This document shows, piece after piece, positions 39,981 to 49,759 of a DNA stretch of 64,000 nt (position 1 is its first letter; the number at the start of each line of letters is the position of its first letter). The notes under the pieces are model-generated. The model did no database searches, was not told the origin of the DNA, and worked only from the letters and a program-made list of their open reading frames with translations. Source of the DNA: Phenylobacterium deserti (GTDB lineage: Bacteria > Pseudomonadota > Alphaproteobacteria > Caulobacterales > Caulobacteraceae); the NCBI GenBank assembly GCA_945883235.1, contig CAMCXF010000009.1, forward strand, positions 34,632-98,631, written 5' to 3'. Made by a program: the position numbers and the translations under genes.

Positions 39981-41201
39981 ATGGTCTATATTCTGGGCGG
40001 CTGGCAGAGCGACTTCTCGAAGAACTGGGCGCGCCAGCAGATGGATTTCGCCGACGCCTTTGCCGAGGTCGTGGGCGAGGGTCTGGCCGCTGTGGACCTC
40101 GAGCCCAAGGATATCGACACCGGACACGTGGGCAATTTCGTCGGCGAGCTCTTCGCCGGGCAGGGGTTGCTCGGCGGCTTCTTCGGGCTGGTGCATCCGG
40201 ACTTCGACGGCATGCCGACGGCGCGTCATGAGGCAGCCTGCGCCTCGGGCAGCGTGGCGATCCTGGCGGCAACCGCCGAGATCGAGGCCGGGCGTTATGA
40301 CACAGCCTGTGTTGTCGGCTTGGAGATGATGCGTAACGTCTCAGGCCAGCAGGCCGCCCAGAACCTGGGGGCCGCCGCCTGGACCGGCCATGAGTTCGAG
40401 GATGCGGCGTTCCTGTGGCCCCGGGCCTTCTCGGATCTGGGCGAGGAATACGACCGCCGCTTCGGCCTGAAGTACGAGCACCTGATGCGCATCGCCGAGA
40501 TTAACTTCGCCAATGGCCGCAAGAACCCCAACGCCCAGACCCGGCAGTGGGCTTTCAACGACAAGAGCTTTACGGCAGACGACGAGGCCAATCCGGTCGT
40601 CGAGGGCATGATCCGCAAGAACGACTGCGGCCAGGTGACCGACGGCTCGGCAGTGGTGTTTCTGGCGTCTGAAAAGGCCGCTACCGAGTATGCGGCCAAG
40701 CGCGGGATCCCGCTGGAAAGCCTGCCCCAGATCAATGGCTGGGGGCATCGGTCAGCGCCGATCAGCTATGACCGCAAGGTGCACGCCAGCGCCGGAGAGC
40801 CCTATGTGTTTCCGCAGGTGAAGCGCGCCATCGACGACGCCCGCGCGCGTGCCGGGATCACCAATGTCGACCAGCTGGACGCGGTCGAGACCCACGACTG
40901 CTTCACCACCACCGAGTACATGGCCATCGAGCACCTGGGCATGACGGCACCGGGCGAGGCCTGGAAAGCCATCGAGGACGGCTCCATCGAAATCGGAGGT
41001 CGCCTGCCGGTCAATCCGTCGGGCGGTCTGATCGGCGGCGGCCACCCGGTTGGTGCCACCGGCGTGCGCATGACGCTGGACGCCTTCAAGCAGGTGACGG
41101 GCCGCGCGGGCGATTATCAGGTCGAGGGTGCAAGGACCGTCCAGACGCTCAACATCGGCGGTTCGACCACCACGACCGTCAGCCTCATCGTGGGCGTCTG
41201 A
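39981..41201 (+). CDS. Thiolase-fold protein (SCP-x/lipid-transfer-type thiolase)
   Basis: Active-site Cys context HEAACASGSVAI, then ETHDCFT and GGGHPVGATG near the C-terminus. Confidence 0.8.
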   Translation: MVYILGGWQSDFSKNWARQQMDFADAFAEVVGEGLAAVDLEPKDIDTGHVGNFVGELFAGQGLLGGFFGLVHPDFDGMPTARHEAACASGSVAILAATAEIEAGRYDTACVVGLEMMRNVSGQQAAQNLGAAAWTGHEFEDAAFLWPRAFSDLGEEYDRRFGLKYEHLMRIAEINFANGRKNPNAQTRQWAFNDKSFTADDEANPVVEGMIRKNDCGQVTDGSAVVFLASEKAATEYAAKRGIPLESLPQINGWGHRSAPISYDRKVHASAGEPYVFPQVKRAIDDARARAGITNVDQLDAVETHDCFTTTEYMAIEHLGMTAPGEAWKAIEDGSIEIGGRLPVNPSGGLIGGGHPVGATGVRMTLDAFKQVTGRAGDYQVEGARTVQTLNIGGSTTTTVSLIVGV

Positions 41202-41204
41202 TCC

Positions 41205-42035
41205 GTGACGTCCGTGCTGGAAATCGCGACCATCCTGGCGATCAACGCCGGCGTCATTCTTGCGCTATTCGTGCTGGCCTGGGCGGCCTGTGTGGCCATG
41301 CGCGACTGCACACCGGTGGACAGCCTGTGGGGTGCAGGCATGGGGGTGGTGGCGATCTCCACGTTTCTGCAGACCGGCGGGGGCACTGAGCGCCGCGTCG
41401 TTCTGACGGTGATCTGCGTCGCCTGGGCGTTGCGCCTGGCGGGCTATCTGTTGTGGCGCTGGCGTGATCATGGCCCTGACCGGCGCTATGTCCGGATGAT
41501 GGACAAGGCCAAGGTCGAGCGCGGCTGGAATTATGGCTATGCGTCGTTCCGACTGGTGTTCTTGCTGCAGATGCCACTGCTGTGGCTGGTCTGTCTTCCG
41601 GTCCAGCTGGGCCAGATTTCGGTCGAGCCCGCTGAGCTGGGCTGGCTCGGGCTGGCGGGTGCAGGCCTCGCTGTCTTCGGTCTGATCTTCGAGAGCGTCG
41701 GCGACTGGCAGCTGGTCAAGTTCAAGAAGAACTCGGCCAATGAGGGCCTAGTCATGGACCGGGGGCTTTGGCGCTACACCCGGCACCCTAACTACTTCGG
41801 CGACGCCTGCGTCTGGTTCGGCCTGTGGCTGGTGGCCGCGGAGACCACGCCCGGGATCTTTGCCATCGTGGGTCCGGCCTATCTGGTGTTCACGCTGACC
41901 CGTTGGAGCGGCATGCCGACGGTCGAAGGCCGTATGCGCCGTCGCAAACCCGCCTATGAGGACTACGTGCGCCGGACCTCGGCCTTCATCCCCTGGCCGC
42001 CGAAGCCGCCCAGCCTGTCGATCCCGGCGGGCTGA
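41205..42035 (+). CDS. DUF1295 (steroid 5-alpha-reductase/ICMT-like) membrane protein
   Basis: GLWRYTRHPNYFGDACVWFGLW motif in a polytopic protein. Confidence 0.7.
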   Translation: MTSVLEIATILAINAGVILALFVLAWAACVAMRDCTPVDSLWGAGMGVVAISTFLQTGGGTERRVVLTVICVAWALRLAGYLLWRWRDHGPDRRYVRMMDKAKVERGWNYGYASFRLVFLLQMPLLWLVCLPVQLGQISVEPAELGWLGLAGAGLAVFGLIFESVGDWQLVKFKKNSANEGLVMDRGLWRYTRHPNYFGDACVWFGLWLVAAETTPGIFAIVGPAYLVFTLTRWSGMPTVEGRMRRRKPAYEDYVRRTSAFIPWPPKPPSLSIPAG

Positions 42036-42037
42036 CC

Positions 42038-42964
42038 GTGGGTCTGCCCGCCCATATCGCTGATCGCCTGAGGCTGCCCGCGATTGCGGCACCGATGTTC
42101 CTGGTGTCGGGTGTCGACATGGTGCTGGCGGCCTGCAAGGCCGGCATCATCGGGGCGTTCCCGGGCAACAACGCTCGGACGCTGGAGGTCCTCGACGACT
42201 GGATGGGCCAGATCGCCCGGACCTTGCCCGCCGACGCGCCGCCCTGGGCGATCAACATCATGGTGCATCGCTCCTACGCCCGCTGGGAAGAGGAGTTGGA
42301 GCTGGTCCTTAAGCACAAACCGCCCATCGTGATCACCGCGCTGGGTAGCCCCAAGGCGGTGGTCGAGGCTATTCAGGGCTACGGCGGGCTGGTCTATGCC
42401 GATGTGAACTCACTCACCTACGCCGAGAAGGCCGCCGCCACCGGCGTCGACGGTCTGGTGCTCGTGGCGGCTGGTGCCGGCGGTCATACCGGTCCGCTGT
42501 CCGGTTTCGCCTTTGCGCCGGCGGTGCGCGAGGTGTTCGACCGCACCATCGTGCTGGGCGGGGCCATTGGCTCCGGTCAGGCGGTGCGGGCGGCGCAACT
42601 GCTGGGTGCCGATCTGGCTAACCTCGGCACCCGACTGATTGCCTGCGAGGAGAGCCTGGCGGTCCCGGCCTACAAGCAGATGATGATCGACTCCAGCGCC
42701 GAGGACATCGTCCTGTCCGCCGCACTCACTGGCATTCCCGCTAACTGGCTGAAGGGCAGCTTGATTGCTGCAGGCCATGATCCCGACGGTCCGAAGGACA
42801 AGGTGGCCATCGACCTCGGCCGGCCCGAGGATGGTCCCAAACGCTGGCGCGACGTCTGGGGCGCGGGTCACGGCGTGGGCGAGGTACGTGCGGTCCAGCC
42901 GCTGGGCACAATCGTTGATAAACTGGTATCCGAGTACGCGGCTGCGCTGTCCGCGCCCCGGTGA
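42038..42964 (+). CDS. Nitronate monooxygenase (NMO/2-nitropropane dioxygenase family)
   Basis: LPAIAAPMFLVSGVDMVLAACKAGIIGAFPG and ...AAGAGGHTG motifs. Confidence 0.85.
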   Translation: MGLPAHIADRLRLPAIAAPMFLVSGVDMVLAACKAGIIGAFPGNNARTLEVLDDWMGQIARTLPADAPPWAINIMVHRSYARWEEELELVLKHKPPIVITALGSPKAVVEAIQGYGGLVYADVNSLTYAEKAAATGVDGLVLVAAGAGGHTGPLSGFAFAPAVREVFDRTIVLGGAIGSGQAVRAAQLLGADLANLGTRLIACEESLAVPAYKQMMIDSSAEDIVLSAALTGIPANWLKGSLIAAGHDPDGPKDKVAIDLGRPEDGPKRWRDVWGAGHGVGEVRAVQPLGTIVDKLVSEYAAALSAPR

Positions 42965-43899
42965 CGGCGCGTGCGCCTTCCCTGGTTCAGGCCAACTCCG
43001 CCGGCCGCGCGCTTAACCTGCTCGGTGACCGCTGGATCCTGATGATCCTTTACCTGGCGTTTCAGCGCGTCCGCCGGTTCGATGCGTTTCAGAGCCGGAT
43101 CGGTCTGGCGCGCAGCCTGTTGATCGACCGTTTGCGGCGGCTTCAGACAGCGGGTGTTCTCGAAAAAGCGCGCTACCAGGAACGGCCGATCCGCGAGGAA
43201 TATCACCTCACCGACATGGGTCGTGACCTCTTCACTGTGACGCTGATGATTATCCGCTGGGAGGCGCGTTGGTTCGACGGCGCGGCCCATCCGGTGCACC
43301 GACTGAAACACGCCTGCGGCAAGCCGTTCACGCCGGAACTGCGCTGCGGTCATTGTCGGGCGCTGGTGGACCCGCGCGATGTCTATGTGGAGGATGGCCC
43401 GGGTGTCGGCACTGATCCCGCGTCGCCGCCCCGGGCGCAGCGGCGCTCTATTGTCGCGTCGGGGACGCTGACGGACGGCAATCCCATGCTGGACCGGGCG
43501 CTGCAGGTGCTGGGCGACCGCTGGACCGCGCGCCTGATTGCCCAGGCGTTTATGGGTCTGCGACGGTTCAAGGATTTTCAGGGTGCGTTGGGTGTGGCGC
43601 CGAACATCCTGTCCGACCGGCTGGCGCGGTTGCTGACGCTGGGCGTCCTGCGGCGCGAGCGCTATCAACTCCGGCCCGAGCGGTTCGAGTACCGGCTGAC
43701 CGAGACGGGCCGCGACCTCTATCCCCTAATCGTTGAACTCAACCGGTGGGGCGACCGCTGGCTGGATGGCGGCAAGGGGCCGCCGTTGATCACCTTCCAC
43801 CGCCCGTGTGGTCATCGGCTTGAGCCAAGGATCACCTGCGACCAATGTGGCGACCTCGCCGATCTGGAGAGCGTCGGCCCGAAGGAGCCTACACCATGA
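42961..43899 (+). CDS. Tandem HxlR-type winged-helix transcriptional regulator (two HxlR domains)
   Basis: LLGDRWILMIL...EYHLTDMGRDL and VLGDRWTARLI...EYRLTETGRDL are two copies of the domain. The GTGA start overlaps the NMO stop. Confidence 0.8.
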   Translation: MTARAPSLVQANSAGRALNLLGDRWILMILYLAFQRVRRFDAFQSRIGLARSLLIDRLRRLQTAGVLEKARYQERPIREEYHLTDMGRDLFTVTLMIIRWEARWFDGAAHPVHRLKHACGKPFTPELRCGHCRALVDPRDVYVEDGPGVGTDPASPPRAQRRSIVASGTLTDGNPMLDRALQVLGDRWTARLIAQAFMGLRRFKDFQGALGVAPNILSDRLARLLTLGVLRRERYQLRPERFEYRLTETGRDLYPLIVELNRWGDRWLDGGKGPPLITFHRPCGHRLEPRITCDQCGDLADLESVGPKEPTP

Positions 43900-44312
43900 C
43901 GACCCAACTGAGCGACGAACAGAAGATCGCCAAAGGCCGCGAGATGGCGGCGGCGTGGAAGGCGCTGGACTGGCGAAAGGTCGCCGACATGTTTGCCCCC
44001 CACGGGGTGCTGCATTCGATGATGGTGGAGCCGGTGGTCGGCCGCGAGGCGGTCTTCAAGCGGGTGTCTGGCCTTGGCGACGGCTTGGAGTCGATCACGC
44101 TCAGCTATCTCCACATCGGGGTGATCGACGGGATCCTCTACATCGAACGGCTCGACGAGTTCGTGATCCGCGGGAGGTCAGGCTCGGCGCCGGTCGTCGG
44201 CGTGCTGGAGTTCGACGGGCCGCTGATCAAGGTCTGGCGCGAATATTACGACCGCGCCCACCTGCTGAAGGCCATGGGTCTCATCGAGGATTTCGACAGC
44301 AAGACCCGCTGA
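43896..44312 (+). CDS. NTF2-fold protein, limonene-1,2-epoxide hydrolase-like
   Basis: About 138 aa with an LEH/SnoaL-like pattern (...GILYIERLDEF......IKVWREYYD). ATG 43896 overlaps the HxlR stop (ATGA). Confidence 0.55.
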   Translation: MTTQLSDEQKIAKGREMAAAWKALDWRKVADMFAPHGVLHSMMVEPVVGREAVFKRVSGLGDGLESITLSYLHIGVIDGILYIERLDEFVIRGRSGSAPVVGVLEFDGPLIKVWREYYDRAHLLKAMGLIEDFDSKTR

Positions 44313-44705
44313 TCAGGGCTTGTGGCGCGAGTCCAGCAGGGCCTTGAACTGGGCGGAGTCGATGTACTCATCCAGCCGCACGATCACGCCGTCCTTAATG
44401 CGGACCACCGCGCAGGCGTCCATGGTCCACGGCTCGCCGCCCGGCAGCGTGGCCTCCAGGACGTGCTGCTGAACGAACCCGTCGGCCAGCGCCTCGCGAC
44501 GCACGATCCGGTAGTTGCGGACGGGAATGTAACGGATCATCCAGCCCAGCAGCTTCATGTTCTCCTCGACTGTCTGTTCGATCCCGTCGGTGTTGTGCCA
44601 GAGCTTGGCGTCCGGCGCGTAGCAGGCGCGAACCACATCCGTGTCGCCGGACTGGATGGCCCCCATGTAGCGTGCGGCAAAGTCGAGGTAGTCCTGCGGG
44701 GTCAC
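44313..44705 (-). CDS. NTF2/SnoaL-like small protein
   Basis: About 130 aa. AGGAG plus GTG 44705 overlaps the stop of the carotenoid oxygenase gene (GTGA). The track ORF is longer (to 44849). Confidence 0.5.
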   Translation of the reverse strand: MTPQDYLDFAARYMGAIQSGDTDVVRACYAPDAKLWHNTDGIEQTVEENMKLLGWMIRYIPVRNYRIVRREALADGFVQQHVLEATLPGGEPWTMDACAVVRIKDGVIVRLDEYIDSAQFKALLDSRHKP

Positions 44706-46204
44706 GATGTAGCTCCTGCGCCGGAGACGCCGTTGCGGATGAAGTCGCGGTCGGCCCAGACGCTGTGGGTGCCGCTGGACAGCTTGTGGGGCAGGGCGAT
44801 GCGCACCACCGGCCCGGCCTCGAAGTTCTTGCAGTCCACCAGGATGCATTCTGACGTGCCGGTGTTCTCGTCGATGATGAAGCTGACCAGGTAGCCGTCG
44901 TCTTCGTCCACCGCGCCGATCCTTGGCACGAACGGCGCCTCACTTGCGTAGCGACCCTCGGGCAGCTCTACCGACCAGGACTCGCCGGTCTCAAGATCGT
45001 GCTTCACGAAGCCCTTGAACAGGAACCATCCGGGCTTGGTGAAGGTGGAGTAGGCGTACCGGTAGGGCTTGCCCGCATAGCGCTGGTTGAACATCCCGAA
45101 CTCCAGGATGCGTTCATCCAGATGGTGTTCACGGGTTTCGCCGGTCTTCAGATTGAACCGCCAGCGGTGCAGTTTCGGCCGGAAACTGTGCTCGTCCACA
45201 TAGGCCATCATGTGCTCGAAGCCCGCCGGGGCGTCGGCCAGCGGGCGCGGCATCGGCTTTTCCTGGAAGTAGGCATCCATGACGATCTCGTCGCCGTCTT
45301 CATAGGCGTTGAGGAAATGCAGGATGTAGGTGGGATCGGCCTCGAACCACTGAATGTCCTCGGGGTTCCCGAAGCGCGGGATCACGGCGAACCGGGACGG
45401 CAGGCCCCGGTGCTCGCGTACCGCGTGGACGTTGCGCTTCAGTAGTTCCTCGTCCCAGAACACCGGCAGGTCGTTGAGGATCGAGTAGTTGGCGGTGAAC
45501 GCCATGTCGTGGGGCAGGCGCGGGCCGGGCAGGGGGACCGGCACGTAGTGGACCAGCTTTCCCGTCCGATCTACGACGCCATAGTGCATGTAGGGGGCGT
45601 GCTTGGAGTAGTTGAAGAACAGCAGCTCGCCGGTGGCCTCGTCGACCTTTGCGTGGGCCGAGACGCCGTCCAGTGGCCCCCAGCTGGCGACGCCGCCCTG
45701 TTCCAGGGTTTCGGGATCCAGCCAGTAGGCCTCACCGCACTGGTAGAAGGTCGAGACGATCCGGCCGCCATGCACCACCACGTCGGTGGACGAGGAATCC
45801 TTCAGGCCGCCGTGGGCACCGAACCCCGGGCGCAGGGACACGCCGGCGCCATCCATCAGCCCACCCCACAGCGACTGGCCCGCCTCCTGCTCGGCCTCGA
45901 ACCCGCGGGTGCGGACAAAGCGGTTGCGGTAGTTGGCGCGGCCCTCCTTGAAGTCGATCGTGTGCACCATGCCGTCCCCGTCGAAGGGGTGGTACCGGCC
46001 CAGCGCCTGATGAACCGGGTTCTCGGTGTTGCGAACATAAACGCCGTCGATGTCGGTGGGGATGGCGCCTTCCAGGACCGCGAGATCGGTCGCGTCGACT
46101 TCCTCATGCAGCGGGGTCCAGGCCCCGTTGAGATAGGGGTGGTTGCTGGGCTGCAGCGACGTTTTGACGGACGGAAGGCGTTCCAGTTTCATTTCATACA
46201 TCAA
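44702..46204 (-). CDS. Carotenoid oxygenase family dioxygenase (apocarotenoid/lignostilbene-type)
   Basis: NHPYLNGAWTPLHEEV...IPTDIDGVYVRNTENP, then HPFDGDGMVH, HDMAFT and HFLNAYE (four-His iron pattern). Confidence 0.9.
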   Translation of the reverse strand: MMYEMKLERLPSVKTSLQPSNHPYLNGAWTPLHEEVDATDLAVLEGAIPTDIDGVYVRNTENPVHQALGRYHPFDGDGMVHTIDFKEGRANYRNRFVRTRGFEAEQEAGQSLWGGLMDGAGVSLRPGFGAHGGLKDSSSTDVVVHGGRIVSTFYQCGEAYWLDPETLEQGGVASWGPLDGVSAHAKVDEATGELLFFNYSKHAPYMHYGVVDRTGKLVHYVPVPLPGPRLPHDMAFTANYSILNDLPVFWDEELLKRNVHAVREHRGLPSRFAVIPRFGNPEDIQWFEADPTYILHFLNAYEDGDEIVMDAYFQEKPMPRPLADAPAGFEHMMAYVDEHSFRPKLHRWRFNLKTGETREHHLDERILEFGMFNQRYAGKPYRYAYSTFTKPGWFLFKGFVKHDLETGESWSVELPEGRYASEAPFVPRIGAVDEDDGYLVSFIIDENTGTSECILVDCKNFEAGPVVRIALPHKLSSGTHSVWADRDFIRNGVSGAGATS

Positions 46205-46383
46205 CTTTGTTTGTCACAACCAAGCGTATATCTGGGTGGCAAACTAACAGCATAGTCTTGTTGTGCAAGTGACTGGTCGGCACCCTGCAAACCGGTGCGG
46301 GTGGTGCGCGCGACCTACCCAACGCCAACATCGCCCGCTAGACAGGTTTCAGACTCAGCAAGAACCACTACGGGCAGGAAACC

Positions 46384-47148
46384 ATGAAACTCAACGACAA
46401 GATCATCGTCGTCACCGGCGCGGCCAGCGGCATTGGACGCGCGCTCGCAACCCGTTTCGTCGCCGAGGGTGCGCGGACCGTAGTCTGTTCGGATCGGGAT
46501 GGCGATGGCGTGCGCGCCGTGGCGGCGGACATCGGCGGTGTTGCGATCCAGGCAGATGTTTCGCGCGAGGCGGACATCCAGGCGCTGATTGAACAGACCG
46601 AGCGCCAGTGCGGCCCTATCGACCTGTTCTGTTCCAACGCCGGCATCGGTGTCGGCGGTGGTGCCGAGACGCCGACCGAGGACTGGCAGCGGATCTGGGA
46701 CATCAATGTCATGGCCCACGTCTGGGCGGCGCGGCATCTGGTGCCGCTGATGGCGGCGCGGGGTGGTGGCTACCTGCTGAACACCTCGTCGGCAGCGGGG
46801 CTGCTGTCACAGATTGGCTCGGCGCCCTATGCGGTCACCAAACACGCTGCAGTCGGCCTGGCCGAATGGCTGGCAATCACCCACGGCGATCAGGGCATCA
46901 AGGTCTCGGTCCTGTGCCCCCAGGCGGTGCGCACGGCCATGACCGCCGGCAACCCCGATGGTGTCGCCAGCATCGATGGCATGATGGAGCCGGATGTCGT
47001 GGCCGAAGCCTGCGTGCGTGCCATCGAGGCGGAAACCTTCCTCGTGCTGCCGCACCCGGAAGTGCTGACCTACATGCGCAACAAGACCAACGACTACGAC
47101 CGCTGGATCGGCGGCATGCGTAAACTGAACCGACGGTTCAACGGCTAG
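46384..47148 (+). CDS. Short-chain dehydrogenase/reductase (SDR)
   Basis: TGAASGIGRA cofactor motif and the YAVTKHA catalytic YxxxK. Confidence 0.9.
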   Translation: MKLNDKIIVVTGAASGIGRALATRFVAEGARTVVCSDRDGDGVRAVAADIGGVAIQADVSREADIQALIEQTERQCGPIDLFCSNAGIGVGGGAETPTEDWQRIWDINVMAHVWAARHLVPLMAARGGGYLLNTSSAAGLLSQIGSAPYAVTKHAAVGLAEWLAITHGDQGIKVSVLCPQAVRTAMTAGNPDGVASIDGMMEPDVVAEACVRAIEAETFLVLPHPEVLTYMRNKTNDYDRWIGGMRKLNRRFNG

Positions 47149-47250
47149 CCGCGGGCTGGCCCAAGTTTGCCACAGCGCGAAATCTGTGGTCTCGACGACC
47201 TGATTGGCAGCGCCATACCCAGGGTGTTGTGTCCGCTAGGAGGCACCGGA

Positions 47251-48333
47251 ATGACGACGCGAAGGACCGTACTGGCCTCTGGTGCTGCACTCGTCGCTGT
47301 ACCAGGCGTCGCGGCTGCAACGGCCTATTGGCCAGACGCCACGAACTGGGCGGGCCGTGAGCCGGGCACCGCGGGGCTCGACCCCGTCAAGCTGTCCAAC
47401 GCGATCGATATCGCGATGGCGGACCGGAGCAACAGCGTCATGGTGCTTCGCGGAGGCCGGCGGGTCGTCGAGCGATATGCGGCGGGCATCACCCCGGCCA
47501 GCCGCCAGGAGATCGCCTCGGCGGCCAAGAGCTTTGTCTCGGTACTGCTCGGGATCGCCATCGACCAGGGCCGGATCAAGAGCGTCGACCAGAGCGCCGC
47601 CGACTTCATCCCCCAGTGGCGGAACACGCCGCAGGCCGCGATTACGCTTCGTCATATGCTGACCATGACCAGCGGGCAGGAATTCCGGGATCTCGCGCTC
47701 CGGGGCGTGGTGGGCGATCAGTTCGCTATCAATGCAGCGGCCCCGCAGGCCGTTCTGCCCGGAACGCGTTGGGCTTACGACACCGCCACTTTCCACCTGC
47801 TGTACCACGTGATCGCGCGGGCAGCAGGCGAACCCTTTGAGGTCTTCGCGCAGCGCAACTTGCTGGATCCACTCGGCATGGCGGACACCGGCTGGGTGAC
47901 CAACGTGGGGCAAGGCGCGGGCGGCCCGGTAACGAACTACTACTCCGCCAGATGTTCGGCGCGCGATCTGGCCCGCTTCGGCCTGTTCGCCCAGCGCGGC
48001 GTACGATGGGAAGGCAAGCAGATCGTCAGCGGGACCTACTTGCGGGCGGCCACGTCGCCCTCGCACGAGCTGAATCCGGCCTATGGCTATCTATGGTGGA
48101 ACAACGCGAAACCCGGACGTGGCGCAGGAGTCGGCGCCGGCGGTGCGGAGGCGTCGGGCTACCGGTTCGACGGGTCGCCCCGCGACACGTTCGCCGCCAT
48201 GGGCGCCGGCGGCCAGGTTGTGATGGTCGTGCCCTCGCTGGACCTGGTGGTGGTCCGGCAGGGGCAGAACCCGGGCGGTGCCCAGGCATTGCCGACGCTG
48301 CTGGCCTCGGTCTGCGCCGCCGTTAAAGCCTGA
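47251..48333 (+). CDS. Serine hydrolase, beta-lactamase/transpeptidase-like, exported
   Basis: TAGGAGG RBS, a Tat-like signal MTTRRTVLASGAALVAVPGVAAA, and SxxK as SAAKS. Confidence 0.8.
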   Translation: MTTRRTVLASGAALVAVPGVAAATAYWPDATNWAGREPGTAGLDPVKLSNAIDIAMADRSNSVMVLRGGRRVVERYAAGITPASRQEIASAAKSFVSVLLGIAIDQGRIKSVDQSAADFIPQWRNTPQAAITLRHMLTMTSGQEFRDLALRGVVGDQFAINAAAPQAVLPGTRWAYDTATFHLLYHVIARAAGEPFEVFAQRNLLDPLGMADTGWVTNVGQGAGGPVTNYYSARCSARDLARFGLFAQRGVRWEGKQIVSGTYLRAATSPSHELNPAYGYLWWNNAKPGRGAGVGAGGAEASGYRFDGSPRDTFAAMGAGGQVVMVVPSLDLVVVRQGQNPGGAQALPTLLASVCAAVKA

Positions 48334-48343
48334 GCATCAGGGA

Positions 48344-49759
48344 TCAGGCCGCCCGAAGGCGCGCCAGCATGGCGGCGGCGTGCTCAAGTGCCACCTCGAC
48401 CTCACCGGACTGTAACCCGGCCGTGACGGTTTCATAGCGGACCGCCGCCTCGGGCTCGGCAAAGTGCGCGGCCAATGGCAGGTAGCGCAGGTGGGCGTTC
48501 GCCAGACCGACGATGAACGCCGTCGGGCTTGCGGCCAGATCTGACCAAGCCTGCCCCACCTCGACCATCACCTCTCCCGGCAGCGCCAGAAACGCGAAAT
48601 CGTTGATCCGCATCACCTGGACCGGTGCCTTGACCGGCTTGGGCGGCGCAGCGTCCGCGCGTCGCTGGTAGAGGCCCAGATAGCGACAGCAGGCAATCAT
48701 CAGCTCGCGCATGTCGCCTTCGCTGAGGTCCCGCGCCACGACCACGTCAGAAGCCACTGACCACAGCGGCCCCGGTGGCAGCCCGCGTGCCAGGTCATCC
48801 CCCAGATACCGGGCCAGGGTCTGGCCCGCGTCGGCCAGCAGGGACGCGGCGGCTTCCGGCGTGTAGTCGGCGAAATTCGGCTTCAGCAATAGGGTCTGTC
48901 GCTCCGAAGAGACGCGCAGCGCTGTCGATGCCTTGGCTTCGGCCATCGCCTGCAGCACCGCGCGGGCCAGATCACCACCCATCTTTCGGGTATCGTCGTA
49001 AATCCCGCCGACGTAGCCGCGCGGGTCGAGAGCGTCGCGGTTCGGGCTGGTGATTGGCACCACATTGCCTTCGGTGGTGTTGAAGAACAGAGCGTTCACA
49101 CCCGGCATTGCCGCCTCGACGGCGCTTTGGGCGACGCCGGGGAAATCGCCGCTGATCTTCATATTGTCCCAGCCGAGTGTGACGGGGTGGCATCCAGCCC
49201 CGAACAGCACAGCTATGGGCTGGCCGCTCACCGCGTCGTCGGCGACGACGACCGGGATCCGGGTGTCGACCAGGTTGGGGGCACCTCGCGTTCGTCGATT
49301 GAGGAACCGGTCCAGCGTGCCGACGCCGGTGCGAATCCGACAGGGCCGGGCCGCCGCGACGGCCTGAATGCCGACGGCGATCATCGCCGCCTGCAGCGAG
49401 GCTGCGAACGCCGCCACGCCTGTCGCGTCATCACCGGCGTAATGTGGCATCGGCGCGGAATGGGTATGCGAGGCACAGATACAGATTTGTTCCGGCATCA
49501 GGCCCAGCGCATCGCCCAGTTCCGCAACAACCGCCTCGCCCAGCGGGCGCGGCGTGGAAATCAGGTCGGCCGTGATCAGCAGCAGCCGGTGATCGCCGTC
49601 GTCGAGGAACAGCGCCTTGACGAAAATCCGGTCAAGAACCCCGTTGCTGGGCTGGGTGCGTTGCCCGAAGCCGGCCAGCATTACCGGCCAATCCGGGGTC
49701 ACGTCGATCCGCGCGGTGCCGGCCAGAGAAGTCTCCATGGAGGTCACTCCGTTGCTCAA
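48344..49759 (-). CDS. Hydrolase resembling the neutral/alkaline non-lysosomal ceramidase N-terminal domain
   Basis: The N-terminal pattern ARIDVTPDWPVMLAGFG......DRIFVKALFLDDG..RLLLITADLI is recalled from that family; recognition is moderate. Confidence 0.45.
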   Translation of the reverse strand: MSNGVTSMETSLAGTARIDVTPDWPVMLAGFGQRTQPSNGVLDRIFVKALFLDDGDHRLLLITADLISTPRPLGEAVVAELGDALGLMPEQICICASHTHSAPMPHYAGDDATGVAAFAASLQAAMIAVGIQAVAAARPCRIRTGVGTLDRFLNRRTRGAPNLVDTRIPVVVADDAVSGQPIAVLFGAGCHPVTLGWDNMKISGDFPGVAQSAVEAAMPGVNALFFNTTEGNVVPITSPNRDALDPRGYVGGIYDDTRKMGGDLARAVLQAMAEAKASTALRVSSERQTLLLKPNFADYTPEAAASLLADAGQTLARYLGDDLARGLPPGPLWSVASDVVVARDLSEGDMRELMIACCRYLGLYQRRADAAPPKPVKAPVQVMRINDFAFLALPGEVMVEVGQAWSDLAASPTAFIVGLANAHLRYLPLAAHFAEPEAAVRYETVTAGLQSGEVEVALEHAAAMLARLRAA

